From: an uncultured Candidatus Saccharibacteria bacterium | Lineage (GTDB): Bacteria > Patescibacteriota > Doudnabacteria > UBA920 | Assembly: GCA_964348935.1 (NCBI GenBank) | Contig: CAYGEJ010000005.1 | Coordinates: forward strand, 2,845-66,844 | Length of the DNA stretch: 64,000 nt | Direction: 5' to 3' | Shown here: in pieces, positions 56,160-64,000 of the stretch | How positions within the stretch are numbered: the first letter of the stretch is position 1 | Layout of the letters: every line of letters starts with the position of its first letter | Translations under genes and position numbers: made by a program | The notes under the pieces: model-generated | The model's input: the letters and a program-made list of their open reading frames with translations, nothing else | Told to the model about the DNA's origin: nothing | Database searches by the model: none

Positions 56160-56879
56160 ATGAAAGGTATAATTCTTTCTGGCGGAAATGGTACTAGACT
56201 GTATCCGCTAACCAAAATTACTAGCAAACAGCTTTTGCCAGTTTATAACAAGCCAATGATTTTTTATCCACTTGAAACTCTACTCAAGGCCGGAATAAAA
56301 GATATTTTAATCATAGTTGCACCGGACTACGCTAAGGAGTATCAAAAGTTGCTGGGTAATGGCTCGGAATTCGGGGCTAATTTTAATTTTAAAATTCAGT
56401 CCAAGCCCGAGGGTCTGGCTCAGGCTTTTATAATTGCCGAAGAATTTATAGCGTCTGAAAACGTTTGTATGATTCTGGGTGATAATATTTTTGAAGACGA
56501 TTTTTCGCAAACTATAAAAAATTTCAAAAGTGGTGCTCATGTCTTTGCAAAAAAAGTTCCGGACCCAGAACGTTTTGGGGTGGTAAAATTTAATGAGCAA
56601 ATGGAAGCCGTGCAAATTGAAGAGAAGCCTGCTGTGCATATTTCCGATTATGCCATTACCGGATTATATATTTATGACAATCGCGTGGTGGAAGTGGCAA
56701 AAAATGTTAAACCTTCTGTGCGGGGCGAACTGGAAATTACCGAGTTACACAATTGGTATTTGCATAAAGGTGAGCTGAAGGTAGATATTGTTGAAGGGGA
56801 GTGGCTAGATGCTGGTACTTTTGAATCCCTATTTAGAGCGTCCGAATTAGCTTATAAAAAAAGTAGGGCTGCAATTTAA
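56160..56879 (+). CDS. rfbA: Glucose-1-phosphate thymidylyltransferase (short form)
   Basis: N-terminal [16 protein letters not shown] nucleotide-binding signature; 239 aa. Confidence 0.8.
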   Translation: MKGIILSGGNGTRLYPLTKITSKQLLPVYNKPMIFYPLETLLKAGIKDILIIVAPDYAKEYQKLLGNGSEFGANFNFKIQSKPEGLAQAFIIAEEFIASENVCMILGDNIFEDDFSQTIKNFKSGAHVFAKKVPDPERFGVVKFNEQMEAVQIEEKPAVHISDYAITGLYIYDNRVVEVAKNVKPSVRGELEITELHNWYLHKGELKVDIVEGEWLDAGTFESLFRASELAYKKSRAAI

Positions 56880-56883
56880 GTTT

Positions 56884-57840
56884 ATGAAAATTCGAACTCA
56901 TAAAATAGTCGCATCCGGACTTAATTTATTAGTAGTAGTCGGAAGCTTTGAGGTATTAATTGCCATTTTGAATTTAAATGAGCCTTTTATATATGTTCGA
57001 ACGGCTTTTTTAGTTGGGATTTTTCATATCCTGCAAATTTTTCTACTCTACGATTTACATTATAAAATTCCAGGTAGTCTTCAACGTGCTAGGAAGCATC
57101 ATCAAAGTGTCACACATTGGTTAGAAAAAGCTATAAAAATATTTTTCTTTGCCCTGTGGGATAGATTTGCTCACCTGAGAAGTTGGATTTTTGTCAGGCA
57201 GTGGATAAATTATTTAATCCTTCCGGGAGTAATATACTGGGCGACTATTTCAATATTCTTTATTAACTTTAGTAATTACAAAATTCAGCAAAGTTTTGTT
57301 TTGTTCTCGAGTATTGCATTAGCTTTAAACTATTGGTTTTTGAAAGAGCATTTCAACCGGGGGAAAGAAAAGGTAGATGAAGACGTGTTTGTCACTTTAT
57401 CGGTAGTGAAAATATATTCAAGTGCTATTGCATATGGAGTAAGTTTGGCATTGGTTAAACGTTATTGTTTAAATGCTAATTTTTTACAAATTGGTACTTT
57501 TGCTTTAACTTTTTTGCTTATTTATCAAGCATTATTTCAACATAAGTTGAATAATTTAAAAAATATAAGCATTGCTTTGCTTATATCCTTGGTAATGTCC
57601 TTCTTTAGTTTTGTAGTTTTGGTATTCTGGGGCTATAATTATTTTACAGCTGGTGTACTGCTCGCAGCTACTTATAATCTTTTGTGGGGAGTATTTCACT
57701 ATTCGCTAGATAAGTCTTTAACCTGGCATTCATTTTTGGAAATTTTGGCTGTTAGTATAATTATAGCCGGAATGTTGTTTAGTGTTACAAATTTTAAAGC
57801 CAGATTATTGGATGATTGTAGATATACACTCAGTTTATAA
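56884..57840 (+). CDS. Hypothetical multi-pass membrane protein
   Basis: 318 aa, 8-9 TM; immediately follows the rhamnose genes, so it could be a glycosyltransferase partner or flippase-like protein. Speculative. Confidence 0.4.
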   Translation: MKIRTHKIVASGLNLLVVVGSFEVLIAILNLNEPFIYVRTAFLVGIFHILQIFLLYDLHYKIPGSLQRARKHHQSVTHWLEKAIKIFFFALWDRFAHLRSWIFVRQWINYLILPGVIYWATISIFFINFSNYKIQQSFVLFSSIALALNYWFLKEHFNRGKEKVDEDVFVTLSVVKIYSSAIAYGVSLALVKRYCLNANFLQIGTFALTFLLIYQALFQHKLNNLKNISIALLISLVMSFFSFVVLVFWGYNYFTAGVLLAATYNLLWGVFHYSLDKSLTWHSFLEILAVSIIIAGMLFSVTNFKARLLDDCRYTLSL

Positions 57841-58875
57841 TTAAAACCAATACATAAAACCTATAACAATAAGAGCAATGAACAACAACGCTAGGTTGTT
57901 TATTTTTTTATCCAAGGAGCCAATCTTTTTTTCTATAATAATTTTAATATCGTTGAGCATAAGTAGTAGTAAAGCCACGCCACAGACTAAAATTAAGTAA
58001 CGGGTAATTTGCAGGTCCACTATTTTTGTAGAATTTTCGCTACCTATTACCGCAATTACTGGTTGGGCTGTGGTGGCACTTGGTTGCTCAGCGGATTTAT
58101 CGGGTAAGGAAAAATTCTTTTCGGTATTTATGACAAGGGGAACTTCGCCTCTAATTTTTAAAGCCTCGGGATTTGGTGCAGGTGTAGTTGTGTTACTACT
58201 TGGTTTTTCTGGGATTGGAATTTCTGCAGCAAGAGTTTGTTCTGGTGTGGTAGTAAGTTTAATTTCTGGCACAACTTGTATTTTTTTGTCAGTGGGTTGG
58301 CTAGTCGGTTTTGGTGTTTTCGTCTCCTTTGAACTAACTACTAGTGTTCCAAAAGTATTTGCTATTGCAGAATGGTATTGCCCAGAAGATGTGTCTCCAA
58401 AGTTTAAACCCATTCCTTGATCTTTAAAACCTTCCTGTAGTACATTGGCTCTGTGTGTTGGGCTGTTCATCCAGGCCGAGACTAAACTGTCGGTGTCATA
58501 AAATTCAATAGCTAAATTTTCACCTAATTGCAAATAAGGAGTATAACCAGCAGAAACAATTTTATCCCAAATGTAGTTACCATCCGGGTCAATATGAGCA
58601 AAATAATGCCGAGCTTGCATATCGTCGGCTTTGCTTTGACCTGCATAGCTGAGCTTGCTATTTGAGTTTAAAGTGGTAAGGTTCCGGAGTAATCTTTCCC
58701 TATTTACAGCGTTTAATATGTTGTCTACAGTTAAGTCAGACGCCTGCCCTTTATGAAGATTAGGAGTAACAAGTAGGGAAATAACCTTAATTAAGACAAA
58801 AAGTGCCAAGACAAAGGCAAAATTCTTATTTTTTGTTAAATTTGGGGTGTTTGTAGAAGAAGGTATTTGATCCAT
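57841..58875 (-). CDS. CAP (SCP/PR-1-like) domain protein with N-terminal TM, Pro/Thr linker and C-terminal TM
   Basis: GENLAIEFY...AWMNSPTHRANVLQEGFKDQGMG CAP blocks; paralog of 13951..14847. Confidence 0.7.
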   Translation of the reverse strand: MDQIPSSTNTPNLTKNKNFAFVLALFVLIKVISLLVTPNLHKGQASDLTVDNILNAVNRERLLRNLTTLNSNSKLSYAGQSKADDMQARHYFAHIDPDGNYIWDKIVSAGYTPYLQLGENLAIEFYDTDSLVSAWMNSPTHRANVLQEGFKDQGMGLNFGDTSSGQYHSAIANTFGTLVVSSKETKTPKPTSQPTDKKIQVVPEIKLTTTPEQTLAAEIPIPEKPSSNTTTPAPNPEALKIRGEVPLVINTEKNFSLPDKSAEQPSATTAQPVIAVIGSENSTKIVDLQITRYLILVCGVALLLLMLNDIKIIIEKKIGSLDKKINNLALLFIALIVIGFMYWF

Positions 58876-58957
58876 AAATTATATATATATTAGCATTTAA
58901 GTCAGGGCTTGACAAATATGTGATTTTATGCTAATATATAGAGTCTAATATAAATAT

Positions 58958-60292
58958 ATGACAACACCTATACATACAACTTCAAATAACTTAGATCCAA
59001 AGAAGTTTCCATCAGCCACATCAGAAGTGGCTAAAATGCTTGGAATTTCAGGTGATGCTAACGAAGCTCATACGGGCAGTGTTGTTAGTGGCCATAATTT
59101 ACCGGTTGCCAATTTGCCTGTAGTTGAGGACGTTCATACTGACACTCGCAATAGTATTCATGGCTCGTCACAAAATTCTCACAACGTTCAGGAATTGCCG
59201 GAGTTAGAAGGTTTTGAGGAGTCTGAAAAAAGTTCTAAGGCTTCAGCTATATTTAAGGCAGTTGGTCCATATTTGGCTGTATTTGCAGTAGGTTTAGTGC
59301 TGTATTATTTTTTCTTTACAAGTGTTAATTTTAGCTCACTGCTTAATATTAATACTACACCAAAAGCAGTAACTCCAAAACAAACAGCATTACAAACTTT
59401 ACAAGAACAAAATATGGCTAGTTATACAAAATGGATAAATAGTTTCTACTATGATATTCAGGATCCTAAAATTTTAGGTCCGGAAAGTGATAATTCAGGC
59501 AATGGACTCTCAAACTTCCAAAAATACTTGCTCAAATTAAATCCTAAATCATATGATACTTTGGGCTTAGGTAAGCCAGATAGTGAGACCTTAGCTAATG
59601 GTATAGACCCAGCTACTGGCGTTGCTTTAACAGATCAGCAAAAGGATATATTGAATAAGTATGTGGATATGGAAGTGGTTATGAACAGGCTTGCATTGCA
59701 CAAGTTGCAAAATTCTGAATCAGTTGCTGGTATTGGGATTAATGCCAATGGAACAGTTGCAAATAACCCATTTAATAATACGACTACTTCAAATGTCGCT
59801 CCTGTTACCGGTTCGAATTTTAACATAGGAGGTATTGAAATAAATACAGATATTCCAGGACGTTTAGAAGTTCCAAGCTTGAAGATTAATGCACCTATAA
59901 TTTTTACCAAAGATACCAAAAATTTTGACAAAGATCTTCAAACTGGAGTCGTGCATTATCCCGGTACTGCCTTACCTGGTCAAATAGGTACAGCTTATAT
60001 TGCCGGACATAGTAGCAATTATATTTGGTCACAAGGTTCATATAACCAGGTTTTTAGTCGTTTGGGCGACTTGGCCAATAATACCTCCTTTAAAATTACA
60101 GTGGTGCAAAAGAATGGTAAAGATGTTATATTCCACTATGTCGTGACTTATAGAAATGAATATTTAGCTACAGATCAGGAACAGTTTAGAAATATGGAAA
60201 AATCTCTAGTTGCACTTTCTACTTGTTGGCCAATTAATACCACAGCTAAGAGGTTAGTGGTATATGGAGAGTTAACTCAGACTGAGAAATAA
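58958..60292 (+). CDS. Sortase-family transpeptidase with long N-terminal region and TM anchor
   Basis: Catalytic His block YIAGHSSNY, Cys block LVALSTCWP (TLxTC-like) and a downstream Arg (TAKRLVVYG). Confidence 0.7.
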   Translation: MTTPIHTTSNNLDPKKFPSATSEVAKMLGISGDANEAHTGSVVSGHNLPVANLPVVEDVHTDTRNSIHGSSQNSHNVQELPELEGFEESEKSSKASAIFKAVGPYLAVFAVGLVLYYFFFTSVNFSSLLNINTTPKAVTPKQTALQTLQEQNMASYTKWINSFYYDIQDPKILGPESDNSGNGLSNFQKYLLKLNPKSYDTLGLGKPDSETLANGIDPATGVALTDQQKDILNKYVDMEVVMNRLALHKLQNSESVAGIGINANGTVANNPFNNTTTSNVAPVTGSNFNIGGIEINTDIPGRLEVPSLKINAPIIFTKDTKNFDKDLQTGVVHYPGTALPGQIGTAYIAGHSSNYIWSQGSYNQVFSRLGDLANNTSFKITVVQKNGKDVIFHYVVTYRNEYLATDQEQFRNMEKSLVALSTCWPINTTAKRLVVYGELTQTEK

Positions 60293-60343
60293 GCTCATTA
60301 ATATTTTATATCGCTTAAATAAGCAATATACGTGATATAATTA

Positions 60344-60372
60344 TTGACAAAAAGGAAGAAAAAGCGTATAAT
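60344..60372 (+). promoter_or_regulatory. Consensus sigma70 promoter TTGACA - 17 nt - TATAAT
   Basis: Exact consensus hexamers with 17-nt spacer, 58 nt upstream of the ATG at 60430. Confidence 0.7.
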
Positions 60373-60429
60373 AATTAGTTATAATCATTTTTAATCAAAT
60401 TTATAAGCAATATTAATAAGGAACATTTT

Positions 60430-63400
60430 ATGAATCAAGTATTCCAAAAATTGAATTTCAAGGTCGGAACGGTGTTAGGGGTTACCTTATTTATAGGTTT
60501 AACCTTGATTGCTTTTGCAGCTCCTCGTAAGGCTACTGTTAGTCGTGCTGACGGATGTAGTCCTGTTTACGATTCTCCTATATTTAATCCATACCCGGTA
60601 ACTTGGAATAATGATCCAGGTACAAGTTGTGAAGATTTACCAGTTTTATCTGGAAATGTCCAAGGTGCAGGATATTTCTCTTCTGATTTTCAAGCTCAAG
60701 CAGGTGAGACTATTAAAATGAGAATTTATGTGCATAACGGTGCCGCTAGTAATTCCGGCGCAACCATGCACGGCGTTTCAGTTAATACAGACATTCAAGA
60801 ATCCGGAGATGGTAGCACACATACTTTAAGGACAACTTTAAGTGCAGATAATGCCGCTTCTAAAGACGGCTATGTTACTATCCATACACCTGCAGGTTCT
60901 CATTTAGAATTTGTTTCTGGTGATGCCAATCCTTACATTGGTGATTTGGATGCTTGTTTTGAATTTTCCAGAGCGTTTGAATTTTATATTCGTGTTGTTG
61001 GTCCTGCTGTCGTTGAAGGTACTGGTAATATTTCCGTTGATCAATATGGTCAAGTTGGCTCTCAATGTTTAGTTGGTGCAACTGTAAATTGGAATACTAC
61101 AAATTTAAATAATGTTAAAGTTTATGTCAGGGATGACACAGACGGTAACGAGCAATTATTTTCCGGAGACGAAAACGGTAATGCTGATGCTCCTTGGTTA
61201 ACACCAGGACATAGTTATACCTTTACTTTAAAGGCTGACGGTTTTACCGATAAAACTGCTACCCTCACAGCGCAGTCTTTAAATTGTGGTGCTCCTACTC
61301 CAGTTAACCCTACAGTTAACTTTACCCCTTCTATTGGTGGACAAATTTCTGGTCAATGTATGAGAACTGGAAATGTGACTTGGGATACCACTGGCTACGA
61401 GTCTATAATTATTACAATTGATGATATAAACGATGATGCTGGTGCTACAGATTTCTCTGGTGCATTAAGTGGTAATGAAGCTACTCCTTGGATAACTCCA
61501 GGACACACTTACCAATATGTACTCTACGATACTTCTGCAGGCAATAGACATTTAGTTTCTGCAAAAAATTTAACAGCAGATACTTTAAATTGTGGAACTA
61601 CACCCACTCCAGTAAACCCAACTCATAACTTATTTGCTTCTATAGATGGTCAGATAAGCGGACAATGTTTAAGAACTGGAAATGTGACTTGGAATACAAC
61701 TGGTTATGATTCAGTGTTGGTTACAATCGATGATTTAAATGACCAATCTGGAGCTCAAACTTTTGCTACAAATACAAGTGGTAATGAAGCTACTCCTTGG
61801 ATAACTCCCGGACATACTTACCAGTACATTTTGTACAATACAACTAACGGTGCAAAAACTGTTTTGGATCAAAAGAATGTAACCGCTCCTGCTTTAACTT
61901 GTGGTGAGACTCCAGTTACTCCTCCAACAGTTCAAGCCTTTAATTTTTCTATTAATCCAACAACTTTCTGTGCTAATACCTATCCAACTTTTAGCATCAC
62001 CAATGCTACAAGTGGTCTAGAAGGTAAATATGTATATTGGTCTTCAACAAGAAACGGTCAAAGTACTGGTGAAAACCTTTCTTATTACAACGATGTAATT
62101 ACTAACGGTCATTGGAGTGACGTTGGTAATGGTTATACCTTAAGCCAAGTTGGTAATTGGGTAAAGACTGCTACTATTTATGCTGGTCCTGGACTTACAA
62201 ACCCTGTTACTAGAAATGTAAATTTCACAGTTACAGATTGTACTCCTGTTACACCGCCTTCTCCTACAAACTTTACTGCAACAGCTTCTGCAAGTGCAAC
62301 AGCTTCTGCAAATATAAGTTGTGAAAATGGAACTACTGCAACTGCCAGCGCTACAGCTTCAGCAAGTGCTACAGTAACAAGCTCTATTAGTCAGCAAGAT
62401 GCTCAAAATAAAGCTCAAGCGCAAGCTCAAATTAATGCTCAAGCGCAAGCTCATGCCCAGGCACAAGCTAAAGTTACATGTCCAGTAGTCGGACCAAGTA
62501 GCTATACTGCAAATACATCTGCTAGTGCTGATGGTTTTGCAAGTTTAACTTGTCCAAATGGTACAACCGCTACTGCTACTGCATCTGCTACGGCTTCTGC
62601 CAGTGCAACAAGCCAAGTTAGTCAAATAGATGCTAACAACAAAGCTTATGCTCAAGCTTTAGCTAACGCTCAGGCACAAGCAAATGCTTCTGCGCAAGCA
62701 AAAGTTGTTTGTACAAGTACACCACCTCCATATGTTTGTTCTGCCAATACCAATTATGGTTTAACTGCTGGGACTTTGGTTAAGAATGGTTCTACGTATT
62801 CTGCAACTATAACTTGGACTTCTACAGGTAATCACCAAATTAAAATTACTCAAATAAATCCAGGTTCAACAACTGAAAATACAATCGCAACCGGTAATAA
62901 TACTGGAAGTCAGGTTGTAAGTGGATTACAGCAAGGTGCTACATATATTTTTAAAATGTATGACAACAGCTGTATTACTTACTTAACTTCTACGCAAATT
63001 ACAATTCCTTCCGCTCCTACTTTACTTGTTTGTTCTGCCGATGTTTCATCTGTAAATATAAATGACGATGTAACATTTAGAGCAACTGGTGGTAGTGCTC
63101 CTTACTTATGGAGTACAACGGGTATTAGCGGGGTAAGCGGGTCTAGCTTTATAGTTCATTTTGCTTCAGCTGGTACAAAATCAGCATCTGTTACAAGTAA
63201 CGACGGGCAAACTGCAAACTGTAACGTTGTGGTCAATGCCCCAGTAGTTGCTACAGGTAACTGTAATAGCAGTACCAACTCTTGTAATACCAATACCAAC
63301 ACAAATACTGGTACTAACACTAACTCAACCAACAGTTCTAATCAGAATAACAACAGCAATATAAACGGAAATAATAATACAGTTACACAAACAAATAATA

Positions 63401-64000
63401 ACTGTGTTAATAATTCTTGTAATAATATTGTCTATATTTCAACCGGTGGTACCGTTACTCCTGCTGAAAAGTTTGCTCAAATTTCTATTACTAAATCTGT
63501 AAGAAATATAAATGGCGGAGCATATTTAAACAGCGTAAGTGCCAACAATGGTGAGAATGTTCAGTTCGAAATTATTGTAACTAATAGTACAGGTAATGGT
63601 AATGCAACAAATGTACGCGTAACTGACAGTTTACCAAATGGACTTTCCTTAGTTTCAGGAACTGTTACTGTTAACGGTAACTATGTTACAGACAATAATT
63701 TATTTAACGGGATGTATTTGGGGAACTTAAGTTCTGGACAAACTGCCAGGATTAACTTTCAAGCCCGTGTTAATGCTTCTGGTAGTTCAAGTATTCAGAA
63801 TACTGCTTCTGCAACCTCCGATAATGCTGGAAATGTACAAGCAAGTGCTTGGGTATTTGTAGGCAGTGTCCAGGGTGGAAATGTTAACTTAATTTATAGC
63901 AAATCCGCTATCAATGAAACTAAGAATGCCAATGCTACTGCAGTAACTGCTTCAAGAGAAGATTATATTGTATATGCATTAATGGTTATCAACTCCGGTA
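60430..64000 (+). CDS. Giant secreted repeat-containing cell-surface protein (partial, over 1190 aa, continues past window end)
   Basis: Uninterrupted frame from ATG 60430 to the window end, verified codon by codon; missing from the ORF track because no stop falls in the window. Signal peptide present. Contents: three tandem ~110-aa repeats (each LNCG..PTPVNPT...TPWITPGH.Y), two Ala/Thr/Ser plus AQAQ low-complexity repeats, N/T-rich linkers and a DUF11/CARDB-like module (VRVTDSLPNGLSLVSGTVTVNG). Confidence 0.8.
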   Translation, partial: MNQVFQKLNFKVGTVLGVTLFIGLTLIAFAAPRKATVSRADGCSPVYDSPIFNPYPVTWNNDPGTSCEDLPVLSGNVQGAGYFSSDFQAQAGETIKMRIYVHNGAASNSGATMHGVSVNTDIQESGDGSTHTLRTTLSADNAASKDGYVTIHTPAGSHLEFVSGDANPYIGDLDACFEFSRAFEFYIRVVGPAVVEGTGNISVDQYGQVGSQCLVGATVNWNTTNLNNVKVYVRDDTDGNEQLFSGDENGNADAPWLTPGHSYTFTLKADGFTDKTATLTAQSLNCGAPTPVNPTVNFTPSIGGQISGQCMRTGNVTWDTTGYESIIITIDDINDDAGATDFSGALSGNEATPWITPGHTYQYVLYDTSAGNRHLVSAKNLTADTLNCGTTPTPVNPTHNLFASIDGQISGQCLRTGNVTWNTTGYDSVLVTIDDLNDQSGAQTFATNTSGNEATPWITPGHTYQYILYNTTNGAKTVLDQKNVTAPALTCGETPVTPPTVQAFNFSINPTTFCANTYPTFSITNATSGLEGKYVYWSSTRNGQSTGENLSYYNDVITNGHWSDVGNGYTLSQVGNWVKTATIYAGPGLTNPVTRNVNFTVTDCTPVTPPSPTNFTATASASATASANISCENGTTATASATASASATVTSSISQQDAQNKAQAQAQINAQAQAHAQAQAKVTCPVVGPSSYTANTSASADGFASLTCPNGTTATATASATASASATSQVSQIDANNKAYAQALANAQAQANASAQAKVVCTSTPPPYVCSANTNYGLTAGTLVKNGSTYSATITWTSTGNHQIKITQINPGSTTENTIATGNNTGSQVVSGLQQGATYIFKMYDNSCITYLTSTQITIPSAPTLLVCSADVSSVNINDDVTFRATGGSAPYLWSTTGISGVSGSSFIVHFASAGTKSASVTSNDGQTANCNVVVNAPVVATGNCNSSTNSCNTNTNTNTGTNTNSTNSSNQNNNSNINGNNNTVTQTNNNCVNNSCNNIVYISTGGTVTPAEKFAQISITKSVRNINGGAYLNSVSANNGENVQFEIIVTNSTGNGNATNVRVTDSLPNGLSLVSGTVTVNGNYVTDNNLFNGMYLGNLSSGQTARINFQARVNASGSSSIQNTASATSDNAGNVQASAWVFVGSVQGGNVNLIYSKSAINETKNANATAVTASREDYIVYALMVINSG

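Noticed and set aside
60878-61081. 67-aa minus-strand ORF
   Set aside because: Antisense inside the verified giant surface-protein frame; Gln/His-rich translation typical of a reverse-strand artefact.
1-64000. CRISPR arrays, rRNA genes, transposases/integrases
   Set aside because: No regularly spaced short direct repeats, no rRNA-like conserved blocks, and no DDE/tyrosine-recombinase motifs were recognised. The absence of recombinases weakens, but does not exclude, mobile-element explanations for the repeat-flanked cassettes.

Overview
This is an AT-rich (roughly one-third GC) bacterial chromosomal segment. Genes are small and tightly packed, and many lack a Shine-Dalgarno sequence or carry a -10 box within about 10 nt of the start codon. 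Housekeeping content includes hisS, aspS, mnmA, dus, rplJ-rplL with its leader, lexA, scpAB, lgt, a type II glutamine synthetase, a K+-independent H+-pyrophosphatase, a DEAD-box helicase, and four tRNAs (Gln-UUG, Gln-CUG, Gly-CCC, Glu-CUC). Accessory content includes a GH1/GH5/ROK sugar cluster, a dTDP-rhamnose operon (rmlCBDA), two CAP-domain surface proteins, and a sortase followed by a giant secreted repeat protein that runs off the 3' end of the window and is absent from the ORF track. The gene content and style fit an ultra-small-genome lineage such as Candidate Phyla Radiation/Patescibacteria; that placement is inference only. No CRISPR array, rRNA or recognisable transposase/integrase was seen. 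Several things are not explained by the gene calls and deserve a second look. Six solitary ORFs are GC-rich and carry strong AGGAGG-type ribosome-binding sites in an SD-poor genome, which suggests foreign origin. One 1.25-kb single-gene segment is flanked by 25-bp direct repeats. One membrane-protein gene is bracketed by perfect 16-bp inverted repeats. A conserved ~75-90-nt intergenic element occurs twice 35 kb apart, once directly upstream of the rhamnose operon. A strong promoter drives only a 23-codon ORF and a terminator next to one of the GC-rich ORFs. Three proteins have degenerate catalytic motifs: a membrane-anchored PP2C-like/beta-propeller receptor, an HtrA-like PDZ protein and a four-helix-bundle (Avd/IVS-like) fragment beside lexA.
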